Assembly: GCA_050733915.1 (NCBI GenBank) | Contig: JBOHUH010000017.1 | Coordinates: 1 to 62,395 of the forward strand | Direction of reading: 5' to 3' | Source: Candidatus Dormibacteria bacterium | Lineage (GTDB): Bacteria; Chloroflexota; Dormibacteria; Aeolococcales; Bog-877 | DNA: 62,395 nt | Shown: one piece after another, positions 9,701-17,914 of the stretch | How positions within the stretch are numbered: the first letter of the stretch is position 1 | Layout: each line of letters starts with the position of its first letter | The notes under the pieces: generated by a model | Seen by the model: only the letters and a program-made list of their open reading frames with translations | Told to the model about the DNA's origin: nothing | Database searches by the model: none | Translations under genes and position numbers: made by a program

Positions 9701-9894
9701 ACCGCCATGATCTGGTCCATTCCCAGCTGGCCCGCCAGGGCGGCGGCGTAGAGCCAGGCCATGGTGGTGGTTTTGCCACTGCCCGCGGCCGCGGCGACCT
9801 TGACCGGACCCGCGCCCAGCTTGGCGATCACCTCCTGCTGCTCCCCGGTGGGCGCGACCTGGGCTCGGGCGCTGACCGGCTCGGCGGTGCTCAA
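6694..9894 (-). CDS. adnB: AdnB/AddA-like UvrD-family helicase fused to a RecB-type PD-(D/E)XK nuclease
   Basis: Walker A AAAGSGKTTT, DExQ-like IVDEFQDT, UvrD motifs (TIHRAKGLEW, VAMTRAK). The C-terminal nuclease (LIDRIA..., IDYKT) is flanked by Cys residues (QCPRMFW ... CRDCAFQARC) like an iron-staple cluster. The proposed TTG start at 9894-9892 overlaps the adnA TGA (9893-9891). The track start at 9966 would overlap adnA by 76 nt. Confidence 0.85.
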   Translation of the reverse strand: MSTAEPVSARAQVAPTGEQQEVIAKLGAGPVKVAAAAGSGKTTTMAWLYAAALAGQLGMDQIMAVTFTDRAAAELRRKVAAVLAEARLAVPGVGVADLEGAWIGTFHHLVRRLLSERAYLAGLPRDLELIDEVSAELLMRETVSDVRRRSVQPNSWLQLLPPDPGPRAVLALLEGVTQAVRRLRSTALDPDACERLSEQGYRVARALGDPASELAWHGAALRVTLAVWRDYERRLAARGATDFDGLLREGLLALQGSPRLRNWCRAQFRLVIVDEFQDTSALQEELILELTGPTQRSLFMVGDARQSIYAFRDAKPGIMAEAAGRTLPMFRNHRSREHILSAADRVIKQDPQFAADQAMEAYRAAESSLPVFIAEVETVAEEAELIAAALAGIHRQGIAYPDGTRQAVAWREMAVLAYTQGRLGPFLEEAMRRRDIPFQTATGGLLARPEVRDALALLRLTADGADDLACLRVLQSQVVRIPDAGLLALRTAGGHPRVPLAERLREHLERGAPGWERPWADRGHRMLQLIGELRLQAQSAPAAEVLSRGMEESGLLPAHQARADSGDPGGWRAVASLRELQRLAWAAAAPGRWLELAALLDRLVLMSDEAKTAEPPLQTDEDLVTLSTIHRAKGLEWEVVVLADCRPFHPRGPGRILWDRPAQQIICTDAGAGATAAYRRWKATPAAAVEREEHRRLVYVAMTRAKDLLLVTTSRKGKEGEFFELAEAAESGSPWVCQWPQFPGAERLTWTGEVGTPSLAGVSRSRSPQPPVSPSQLTHRWEELAGLRRRRRRGPGMPEQLSFTSIELLRQCPRMFWYQHLAHFPEPLAETASAGSPMEDAPRAAALQLGVVVHAALERLHTGAEAAPAATARVRSLVQELGDGLSPAQRSEAEAMLNTYLALPTAALPTVATEFAFTWSDWAGPGCPPLVGLIDRIARLPQGGLLLIDYKTNRSLGATEQVTYARQLQLYAAAVEAGVLGAPVAAPATALVMLRSGQLIPVESGAQERRQALEWAGWAAGRVAKGDYHATDGFPERPCRDCAFQARCPERRQDLAPDLVGHLEET

Positions 9895-12800
9895 GGTCGG
9901 AGTGCGGGGATGGGATGGGCCGCTCCCACGCTGCCCTCGCCATCGCACCAGAGCTGCAGTGGGCACCCCCGGTGGGTGTCGCGGCAGGTGCGCACGTCGT
10001 GGCCCGGGCGGGCCGGGAACCGCCCTCCCAGGATCGCCCGGGCCACCTGGTCTACAGCCTGAGCGATTCGCCCCAGCTCAGCCTCCGTGAGGCTGCCGGC
10101 CGCGCCCGGATCAGGTCCTTGGGTCATCCGAAAGCCGGCCGCGAGGATGGGATCGGCGGCCCTTTGCTTGGGGTCAACGCCCACGTACCAGTTGCGCATC
10201 CGGGTCGGCAGCTGGTCTCCCAGCTCCGCCTCGAAGGCACCCTCTCGGGCCGCCAACTGGTAGATCGGGAGCTGCCACTGGACCGGCCCCTGAGGCGGCT
10301 TGCCGAACAGCTCGCTCCGCAGCTTGCCCGCGCTGGCCGCCTCCCTTGAGGTCTTGTAGTCGAGCAACTCGACGCTGCCGTCGGGGTGTCGCCAGAGCGC
10401 ATCCACCCGCCCCCGCAGCTGCCAGCCCTGGCGCTCGACCGCGAACTCCACCTCCGCGGCAATCGGCTCGCCGACCTGCTCTATTCCCCTCGAGACGATC
10501 TGGCGATCCCAGCGGGCCACCATCTGCGTGAGCCAGAGTGCGATGAAGGTGACTTCGAGCGGGTCCGGGTGCTCCCCGCGCACCCCGGGCATGATCTCGT
10601 CTCGGATCAGGGTGATGGCGAGGGCTCGGAAGGCGCCTTGGTCACCGGCCCAGCTGGACCGCTGGCGCTGCAGGCTCTGGAGCAGCCGGTGCGCCGCGCT
10701 GCCCAGGGTCAGGCTGACGTCCGGCTCGCCGGGTTGGATCAGTAGCTGGGCCAGGTACTGGCGGGGGCATGCCAGCCAGGTGGCGACCGAGGTGGCGCTG
10801 AGGGTGAGCGGCTCCAGCCGAGGGTCCGGTCCCTCCGAGACCGGGTCCCACGGCTCCAGCGCATGGCGCAACTCCAACGCCTGCCGTCCCAGCTCTCCCA
10901 GCCCCCTGGCAGCCTGCCGCGACAGGGCCACGCGTTGCACCAGGTCGTCGGGATGGACCAGCTCCGCCAGCGGCGCCGGAACCTCGATCTGTCCGCAGCG
11001 GAGCAGCGCCTCGATGAACGAGGAGCGCTCCACGCCCTGACCCAGGTAGCGGTGGGCCCAACTGCAGGTCACCTCGGAGGATGCCCGGGTCAGCCCCAGC
11101 AGAAAAAGCCGCGCCTCGGCGTCCCGCTGGCTCTCCCCGGAGGAGAGGACATCCTCCAGCTCGGGCACCCGCCGGACCAGCTCCTGTAATTCCTCGGGGT
11201 CGAGCAGGCCGCCGGTATCCGGCGGCGCCGGAATGGTGCCGGCGGCGCAGCCCAAGATGAACACCTTGGACCAGGCTCTTCCCTTGGCCTGGCGCAGGGG
11301 CATGACCGTCACCTGGTCCGCCGTCTCGGGCACGACGGGCTCGGCAGCTCCGCTGCGCGGCAGCGCCAGCTGCAGCGACTCCAGCCACCGCGGCAGGGTG
11401 GTGGCCACCTCGCCCAAGCGCAGCTGGGCGTCCAGGACCGCCTCGCCGACCCCCGCGAACCCGGCCATGGCGGTGGCCAGTTCCAGGTCGTCGAGGGCCA
11501 GCGCGCCGATGCCGGAAGCCAGCTCGACCTGGCCCAGCAACAGGCGCAATCGGGTCTGGTCCAGCGGCGCCGAGGCCCACTCGTCCAACCCCGCACCTAG
11601 CGCCAGCCAGGGCTCGCCTGCGGCCCGGAGCAGCTCCACCTCGTGGCCCTCCGAGGGAGGCGCCGCCCCGGGGTCCTCGAACCCGCGCACCCAGTCCCAG
11701 AAGAACCGGGGGACCGGCTTGCTCCGCCGTCCCGCCTGACGGCGGAGCTCCCGCAGACCGGCCCTGGGGACCGCAGCAGGACCGACGCCCAAGGCTTCGA
11801 GCAGTGCCGCCTCATCGTCGGGCCGGCAGAGAACCCGGAGCCAGTTGAGGGCGACCGCCACCAGGGCGTGCCCCCCTGGTCCCGTTGCGCCCCAGGGTCG
11901 GTAGGGTACTCCGAGACTGTCGAGCGCCATTCGCAACGCCGCCAGCTGCCGCCCCGGGGAACGCACCAGGATGGCCACCTCACCGAACTCAACCTCGCCC
12001 TGCAGGCGGGCGCGCATGATCTCCCGAGCCACCGCCAGCGCCTCCTCGGTCTCGTCGGCGGCGACCCAGATCCGTGCGGTGGCGTGGAGCCGAAAAGCAG
12101 CCTCCGGGACCTGGTCCAGGGCCGAGCCGCTCTCGAATTCGGTGGACGGGCGGCCCTCCGGCGGCAGTCCGATCTCCTCCACCAGCTCCTCGGTCCAGCG
12201 GGGCAGCACCGAGGGCAGGCGCCACTCGCGCGGAGCCATCTCCCGGGGGAAGTACTCCACGAAAGGGCGGCTCGAGGATTCACTGGACACTCCCCGGAAG
12301 CCCGGGGTGGACTCCGACGGGTCTCCCGCCAGGACCAGGCGCCGCGGCGGGCTCAGCCGCTCCCCGAGCTCGCGGATCAACAGCCACTGGGCGGGGCTCA
12401 GGTCCTCCGCCTCATCCACCAGCAGCAGGTCGGCCCACCCCTGGGCCTCGGCGCGGTCGTCGAGGAGGCGCTCCAGGGCCATCAGGTGGACGTCGCGGCC
12501 GTCGTAGGCGTCCATCCCGTCGAGCACCCGCTGGTAGCTGTCGGCCAGGACCGCCACCTCGCCCAAGCTCTCAGGGGCACCGCTCAGACGTGCGGCGAGC
12601 AGCCCCGGCCCGACCAGCGCTCGTCGGCACGCCGAGAGCATGCTGAGCACATCGTCGATGCAGGATGGCTCCTCCGCCACCGGACCAAGCCGAGGGAGTG
12701 GGGCCGCCCGGCGCAGCGCCGCCCGCACCGCCAGCCACTCCCCAGCGGGAGACAGCCGCGCCCGCCCGGATGGAGGCCCGAGCCTCTCCAGCAGGCCCCG

Positions 12801-13001
12801 AGCCAGGCCCTCGTGGGTCTGCACCCGCAAGGTGGGATGGGCACGGCTCAGACCTGCTCCCACCAGGGCGCGGAATCGAGCTGCAGCGTCGCGGCTTCGG
12901 ACCACGGTCACCGCTCGTTCGGGAGCTCCTCCCTGAGCCAACCACTCGATCACCAGCCGCGCCAGCAGGGAGGTCTTCCCGGAGCGGGGGCCACCGACCA
13001 C
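9891..13001 (-). CDS. adnA: AdnA/AddB-like UvrD-family helicase-nuclease subunit
   Basis: Walker A GGPRSGKT at the extreme N-terminus, DEAED box (LLVDEAEDL). The C-terminal PD-(D/E)XK motifs (GRVDALW, LLDYKT) are bracketed by Cys (ACPRQYL ... CRDTHRGCPLQLWC). The true start may be a CTG at 13070 (see findings). Confidence 0.85.
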   Translation of the reverse strand: MVGGPRSGKTSLLARLVIEWLAQGGAPERAVTVVRSRDAAARFRALVGAGLSRAHPTLRVQTHEGLARGLLERLGPPSGRARLSPAGEWLAVRAALRRAAPLPRLGPVAEEPSCIDDVLSMLSACRRALVGPGLLAARLSGAPESLGEVAVLADSYQRVLDGMDAYDGRDVHLMALERLLDDRAEAQGWADLLLVDEAEDLSPAQWLLIRELGERLSPPRRLVLAGDPSESTPGFRGVSSESSSRPFVEYFPREMAPREWRLPSVLPRWTEELVEEIGLPPEGRPSTEFESGSALDQVPEAAFRLHATARIWVAADETEEALAVAREIMRARLQGEVEFGEVAILVRSPGRQLAALRMALDSLGVPYRPWGATGPGGHALVAVALNWLRVLCRPDDEAALLEALGVGPAAVPRAGLRELRRQAGRRSKPVPRFFWDWVRGFEDPGAAPPSEGHEVELLRAAGEPWLALGAGLDEWASAPLDQTRLRLLLGQVELASGIGALALDDLELATAMAGFAGVGEAVLDAQLRLGEVATTLPRWLESLQLALPRSGAAEPVVPETADQVTVMPLRQAKGRAWSKVFILGCAAGTIPAPPDTGGLLDPEELQELVRRVPELEDVLSSGESQRDAEARLFLLGLTRASSEVTCSWAHRYLGQGVERSSFIEALLRCGQIEVPAPLAELVHPDDLVQRVALSRQAARGLGELGRQALELRHALEPWDPVSEGPDPRLEPLTLSATSVATWLACPRQYLAQLLIQPGEPDVSLTLGSAAHRLLQSLQRQRSSWAGDQGAFRALAITLIRDEIMPGVRGEHPDPLEVTFIALWLTQMVARWDRQIVSRGIEQVGEPIAAEVEFAVERQGWQLRGRVDALWRHPDGSVELLDYKTSREAASAGKLRSELFGKPPQGPVQWQLPIYQLAAREGAFEAELGDQLPTRMRNWYVGVDPKQRAADPILAAGFRMTQGPDPGAAGSLTEAELGRIAQAVDQVARAILGGRFPARPGHDVRTCRDTHRGCPLQLWCDGEGSVGAAHPIPALRP

Positions 13002-13066
13002 TCGGACCGGCCCCAGAAGGTCGGCGACTCCGGGTTTTGGCGCTGAAGATCGCGGTCGCAGTGCGC

Positions 13067-13759
13067 TCAGCCTCGCTCCTGAGCCACCAACCCCGCTGGC
13101 TGCGAGGGGTTGCGGAACTCGTCGAGTGCCGCCAGCAGTCCCTCGGGCCGAAGGAGCTGGCGCAGGGCGCCCGCCCTCCGCGCCGGGTCCTCGCCCGGCT
13201 CCAGGCCACCAGCAACCCCCTCGACCATGGAGCTAACCATCCCCGCCAGCCAGGCGGCGTCTGAGTGGTCCGAGGACTTGGCGGAGCACACCCGGGCGTC
13301 CACCTCGGAGAGCAGCGAGACCACCATCGCTCGGCCCACCCGGTCGCGGAGTTGGTTCACCCGCCGCTTGGCGGAACCCGCCGCCGCGTCGACCAGATGA
13401 AACAGCAGCCGGAACGACGCGGGAGAGTCAGCGGCGAATTGGAGAAACCTGGTGGTCAGCTGCTCGAAGGAGGGTGCGTCGGCTGCGCCGGCGGCAATCC
13501 CGAGCAGCTCTTGGAGCCGCTCGCTCTCCCGCTCGACGACCGCCGCGAGGGCCTCCCGACGGTTGTGAAAGTGGCGGTACACCAGGGGTTTGCTGACCCC
13601 CGCGGCTGAGGCGATGGAGTCCATCGTGGTCAGCTCCAGGCCATCCCTGGCAAAGGCCACCAAACAGGCCTGCAGCAGCTGCTCCCGGCGGTCCGAGCGC
13701 TGCATCCGGTGTTGCTTGGGGCGTCCCCGAGTCGAATGGCGGTCAGAGACGCGACCCAC
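13067..13759 (-). CDS. TetR/AcrR-family transcriptional regulator
   Basis: HTH region RREQLLQACLVAFARDGLELTTMDSIASAAGVSKPLVYRHFHNRREAL. GTG at 13759 is chosen so that the GRPK N-terminus is kept and the overlap with the FAH gene is avoided. The track start is 13888. Confidence 0.8.
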   Translation of the reverse strand: MGRVSDRHSTRGRPKQHRMQRSDRREQLLQACLVAFARDGLELTTMDSIASAAGVSKPLVYRHFHNRREALAAVVERESERLQELLGIAAGAADAPSFEQLTTRFLQFAADSPASFRLLFHLVDAAAGSAKRRVNQLRDRVGRAMVVSLLSEVDARVCSAKSSDHSDAAWLAGMVSSMVEGVAGGLEPGEDPARRAGALRQLLRPEGLLAALDEFRNPSQPAGLVAQERG

Positions 13760-13844
13760 CGCCTCGATGGTGGCGCCGATCAGCCACGGGGCCAGCTGGC
13801 GTTCGTTCTTGGTGCCCACCCTGGCTGGACCTGGGCGGGTCGCC

Positions 13845-14693
13845 CTAGGCCCCCTCCTCGTTGCGGACCGAGTTGAGCAGACGCCCAATGGGATCGATCC
13901 TAACCTCCACCTGCTGCCCCGCCCGGAGTGTCGCCCTCGGCTTACGCCTCCAGCCGATCCCGGCCGGGGTGCCGGTTTCGATCACATCGCCGGTTGCCAG
14001 TTCCAGGTAGCCGGAGAGAAAGCTGATCAGCGTCGCCACCGGGAAGATCATGTCCCTGGTCCGACCCTCCTGGCGAATCTCCCCGTCCACCCGTGTCTCC
14101 AGGCTGAGGCTCTGGGGATCGGGGATCTCGTCAGCGGTGACCAGGTGCGGGCCGAGAGGGGCGAAGGTGGCCATGCTCTTGGGGATGGTCCACTGGGGCA
14201 TCGCATCCTGGACGTCACGGGCGGTGACGTCGTTGGCGATGGTGTATCCGGCGACATGCTGGAGCGCCTCGTCAACGGGGATCCGCCGGCCCGGGTTGCC
14301 GATCACCACCGCCAATTCACCCTCGTAATCGATGGCCTCGGCGTGCTCGCTGGGCAGCAGGATAGCGGCCCCGTCGGCGACCACCGCGGAGTTGAGTTTG
14401 ACCCAGACGATGGGCTCTGGGGGCGCCTTGTGCCCACTCTCCTTGGCATGGGCCAGGTAATTGCGGCCGATGGCGAAGATTCGGTTGGGCACCAGTGGCG
14501 GAAGCAGGGGCAGCTCCGGCCAGAGCTCAGGGCCCAGCAGGGGTAGCCGACCGCAGAGCAGGGCAGCCTGCAGCGCGGGGCTCGCCAGTCCCAGGTCCCG
14601 CCAGCGCAGACCTTTGGCGCTTGGCCGGCCGGGGTCGGCGACGGCGAAGCGGGCACCCTCGGGAGCGGCGAAGCGGGCTAGGCGCAAATTCAC
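13845..14693 (-). CDS. Fumarylacetoacetate hydrolase (FAH) family protein
   Basis: IFAIGRNYLAHAKE...IDYEGELAVVIG...GYTIANDVTARDVQ are characteristic FAH-fold motifs. Confidence 0.85.
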   Translation of the reverse strand: MNLRLARFAAPEGARFAVADPGRPSAKGLRWRDLGLASPALQAALLCGRLPLLGPELWPELPLLPPLVPNRIFAIGRNYLAHAKESGHKAPPEPIVWVKLNSAVVADGAAILLPSEHAEAIDYEGELAVVIGNPGRRIPVDEALQHVAGYTIANDVTARDVQDAMPQWTIPKSMATFAPLGPHLVTADEIPDPQSLSLETRVDGEIRQEGRTRDMIFPVATLISFLSGYLELATGDVIETGTPAGIGWRRKPRATLRAGQQVEVRIDPIGRLLNSVRNEEGA

Positions 14694-14906
14694 TCACCTC
14701 TGCTGTGGGGCCTCATTATCCGGCCCGCGCCGGGTGCCAGCACCAGCCACTTGATACGATCAGCGCGTCGTGCAGAGCTCTGGTTACGGACCTCGGACCG
14801 GCCCCGCGGGTAGTTGTGCTGGCGCTGCCGCGGAACCATTGTCAGTGACCGCGGAGCAGTTCCCCTGAGCTCGGCCCCGGTCTCGGGAGCGTTCCCCGCA
14901 GCCCCA

Positions 14907-16319
14907 GTGCAGGATCGTTTCTTCGTCGGGGGCGGTTGGGAAGAGGCCACTTCGTCAGCCCGGATCGAGGTCTACGAGGCTGGCACTGGCGAGGTCATGG
15001 CCGAGGTCGCCGACGCTTCCGAGGAGGACATCGACCGCGCTGTCCAGGCGGCGGCCGAGGCCCAGCCGCTGTGGGCCCGGAACACCCCAGAGCAGCGGGC
15101 GGCATACCTGGAGGCGCTGGCGGCAGGGATCTCGGAGCGGACCGAGGAACTGGCCCGGAGCATCGCCCGGGAGGTCGGGACCCCTATCCGGCACGCGAGA
15201 GCCATCCAGGTGGGTAATCCGATCCAGATCCTGGCGGGCACAACCGCGGCTCTGCGCGAATTCAATTTCCAAGAGGACATGGGCAACGTGCGCGTCTTCC
15301 GTGCACCCGCCGGCGTCGTCGCCGCGATCACGCCTTGGAACTATCCTCTGCAGCAGGTCGTCGCCAAGGTGGCCCCTGCCCTGGCGGCGGGCTGCACCGT
15401 GGTCCTCAAGCCGAGTGAGGTTGCGCCCCTCACCGCCTTCATCCTGGCCGAGGTCGCGATGGCGGCAAGCCTGCCCCACGGTGTCCTCAACGTGCTGACC
15501 GGGATGGGGGAGACCGCAGGCGAGGGACTGGTCTCGCACCCGCTCGTCGACCGGATCTCCTTCACCGGCTCCACCAGAGCCGGACGGCGGATCTCCCAGC
15601 TGGCTGCGGAGCGGGTGGTGCCCGTGACCCTGGAGTTGGGCGGAAAGTCAGCCAGTGTCGTCCTGCCCGATGCCGACGTCGAGAAGGCCGCGAAGTTCGC
15701 GGTCTACAACGCCTTCCTCAACGCCGGCCAGACCTGCACCGCGCTGACCCGGCTGCTGGTGCCGGACACCCACCAAGAACGCGCGGTGCTGGCGGCGGTG
15801 GAGGCCGCCCAGCGGATGGGCGTGGGAGATCCGCTCGATGAGTCCACCCGACTGGGCGCGCTGGCTTCTTCGGCTCAGTTGGAGCGGGTGCGCACCTACA
15901 TCGAGGTGGGCATCGCCGAGGGAGCTCGGCTAGCCACCGGAGGGGTGGAGCCGCCCCCGGGCTTCGAGAAGGGCTACTACGTGGCCCCAACCGTCTTCGC
16001 CGACGTACGGCCCGAGATGACCATCGCCCAGGAGGAGATCTTCGGTCCGGTACTCTCGATCCTCCCCTACCGCGAAGAGGCCGAGGCTCTGGCGATCGCC
16101 AACGGAACACGGTACGGCCTAGCCGGGGCGGTCTGGTCCGGCGACCAGGAGCGAGCCATCGACTTCGCCCGGCACCTGCAGGCGGGCACGGTCGAGGTCA
16201 ACGGCGGCGCCTTCAGTCTCACCGCCCCCTTTGGCGGGGTCAAACAGTCGGGGCACGGGCGGGAGTTCGGCCGTTACGGACTCGAGGAGTTCTTGGTCGC
16301 TCAGTCGCTGCAACTCTGA
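14907..16319 (+). CDS. NAD(P)-dependent aldehyde dehydrogenase
   Basis: Catalytic motifs ELGGKSA and FLNAGQTCTA, plus C-terminal EEIFGPV and GGVKQSGHGRE. GTG at 14907 gives the usual N-terminus (VQDRFFVGGGW). The track start at 14814 adds a non-homologous leader. Confidence 0.9.
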   Translation: MQDRFFVGGGWEEATSSARIEVYEAGTGEVMAEVADASEEDIDRAVQAAAEAQPLWARNTPEQRAAYLEALAAGISERTEELARSIAREVGTPIRHARAIQVGNPIQILAGTTAALREFNFQEDMGNVRVFRAPAGVVAAITPWNYPLQQVVAKVAPALAAGCTVVLKPSEVAPLTAFILAEVAMAASLPHGVLNVLTGMGETAGEGLVSHPLVDRISFTGSTRAGRRISQLAAERVVPVTLELGGKSASVVLPDADVEKAAKFAVYNAFLNAGQTCTALTRLLVPDTHQERAVLAAVEAAQRMGVGDPLDESTRLGALASSAQLERVRTYIEVGIAEGARLATGGVEPPPGFEKGYYVAPTVFADVRPEMTIAQEEIFGPVLSILPYREEAEALAIANGTRYGLAGAVWSGDQERAIDFARHLQAGTVEVNGGAFSLTAPFGGVKQSGHGREFGRYGLEEFLVAQSLQL

Positions 16320-16441
16320 AGCCGCACTACCGGAGCACTAAGGATGCTTCTGGGATCGCTGCGCCGGACGCGCCAGATGCTCTGGAGCCGGCCCCCTCGA
16401 CTTGGCCGCGGGCCGGTGCGCGCAGCCAGTAGGCTGGCCTG

Positions 16442-17785
16442 ATGGCTAGGTTCGACGTGGCCGTCCTGGGCGGCGGCTCGGGCGCCGAGGCGGTCTGTGG
16501 CGCCGGACTCGGCGGGCGCTCGGTGGTGGTCATCGAGGAGGCTCGCTTCGGAGGGGAGTGCCCCTTCCTCGCCTGCATGCCCAGCAAGGCAATGCTCCAC
16601 GACGCCCGCGGCCACCGGGACTCCCATCCCGGCTCCTGGCGCACCCCGGATCCGGTTGCGTACCGCTCGGCGGCGCAGCGTCGCGACCAGGTGGCCGAAC
16701 ACCTGGACGACTCGCAGCACCTCGAGGAGCTCCGCGCCCAAGGGGTGACCGCCATCCGAGGCCGGGGCCGGGTGGTGGGCCCGGGGCTGCTGCAGGTGGG
16801 CGAGCAGCGCGTCGAGGCTGATGACCTGGTGATCGCGACCGGCTCCGAGCCGGTCATCCCCGACATCGCGGGACTGGACCAGGTCGACTACTGGCTCAGC
16901 GACCGGGTTCTGACCAGTACCGAGCTGCCCCAGTCAGCGGCAGTGCTGGGCGGAGGGCCGGTAGGCTGCGAACTGGCCCAGCTCCTGGCCAGGTTCGGCT
17001 GCCGCACCAGTCTCATCGAGGTGGCCGAGCGGCTGCTGCCCGCGGAGGAGCCCGAGCTGGGACGGGCCTTGCAGGAGCAGCTCCAGGAGGACGGCGTGGA
17101 GGTGCTCCTGGGGAGCCCGGTGTTGTCGGTGACTCCCGCAGGCGCCGCTGGGGTGCGGCTGCAGCGCCGCGACGGCCCGCCGCAAGACTGTCAGATCCTG
17201 GTCTTGGCGGTGGGCCGCAGGCCCCGGCTCCAAAATCTCGGCCTCGAGGCTTACGGGCTGGACCCGAAGGTGGGCCGGCTGACCATCGACGCGCACTGCC
17301 GGGCCCTGGGTCAGGCGCACCTTTTTGGAGTTGGGGACGTCACCGGGGTGGCACCATTCACCCACACCGCCAACTACCAGGGCCGGGTCACGGCGGCCAA
17401 TCTTCGGGGCGAGGCTGCGATCGCCGACTACCGGGCCATCCCCCGAGCTGTCTACACCGACCCACCGGTCGCGGCGGTGGGGCTCACCCGGCAGCGAGCG
17501 CAGGACCAGGGAACTTCCATCAGGAGCGTGACCCTGCCGCTGCGGGAGACCGCGCGGGCGCTCGCGGAAGGCACCGTTCGGGGGGCTCTGGTGCTGCTGG
17601 CGGACCCCGCCCAGCAGGTGCTGCTGGGGGCAGCCGTGGCGGGCCCGGGGGCAGATGAGAGCATCGGCTGGGCGGCGCTGGCGATCCGAGCCGAAATCCG
17701 ACTCGCAACTCTCCGCGACACCGTGGCGCCCTTTCCCACCTACAGCGAGGCCTACCAGGCCGCCCTGGACCGCCTGCAGGCCTGA
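16442..17785 (+). CDS. Pyridine nucleotide-disulfide oxidoreductase (class I flavoprotein disulfide reductase; lipoamide dehydrogenase / mercuric reductase-like)
   Basis: FAD motif FDVAVLGGGSGAE, redox-active CxxxxC in GGECPFLACMPSK, a second Rossmann VLGGGPVGCELA, and a C-terminal dimerisation motif PFPTYSEA. Confidence 0.85.
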   Translation: MARFDVAVLGGGSGAEAVCGAGLGGRSVVVIEEARFGGECPFLACMPSKAMLHDARGHRDSHPGSWRTPDPVAYRSAAQRRDQVAEHLDDSQHLEELRAQGVTAIRGRGRVVGPGLLQVGEQRVEADDLVIATGSEPVIPDIAGLDQVDYWLSDRVLTSTELPQSAAVLGGGPVGCELAQLLARFGCRTSLIEVAERLLPAEEPELGRALQEQLQEDGVEVLLGSPVLSVTPAGAAGVRLQRRDGPPQDCQILVLAVGRRPRLQNLGLEAYGLDPKVGRLTIDAHCRALGQAHLFGVGDVTGVAPFTHTANYQGRVTAANLRGEAAIADYRAIPRAVYTDPPVAAVGLTRQRAQDQGTSIRSVTLPLRETARALAEGTVRGALVLLADPAQQVLLGAAVAGPGADESIGWAALAIRAEIRLATLRDTVAPFPTYSEAYQAALDRLQA

Positions 17786-17828
17786 TCTCCGATCCCCCTG
17801 CCGACCTTCTCTTGGTCAGGAGATCGGG
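17781..17828 (+). terminator. Possible hairpin between convergent genes (CCTGATCTCC ... GGAGATCGGG)
   Basis: A 10-bp stem with one G-U pair (17781-17790 pairs with 17819-17828) and a 28-nt loop, starting at the stop codon of the upstream gene. There is no U-tract, so the call is weak. Confidence 0.25.
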
Positions 17829-17914
17829 TCGCTACGCCCCACCGCAGCAGCGCGGGACATCGAGCGACAGGGCCGCAGGCCGTCCTGACCCAGGGCCCGA
17901 CTGGGTAGCTAGCG

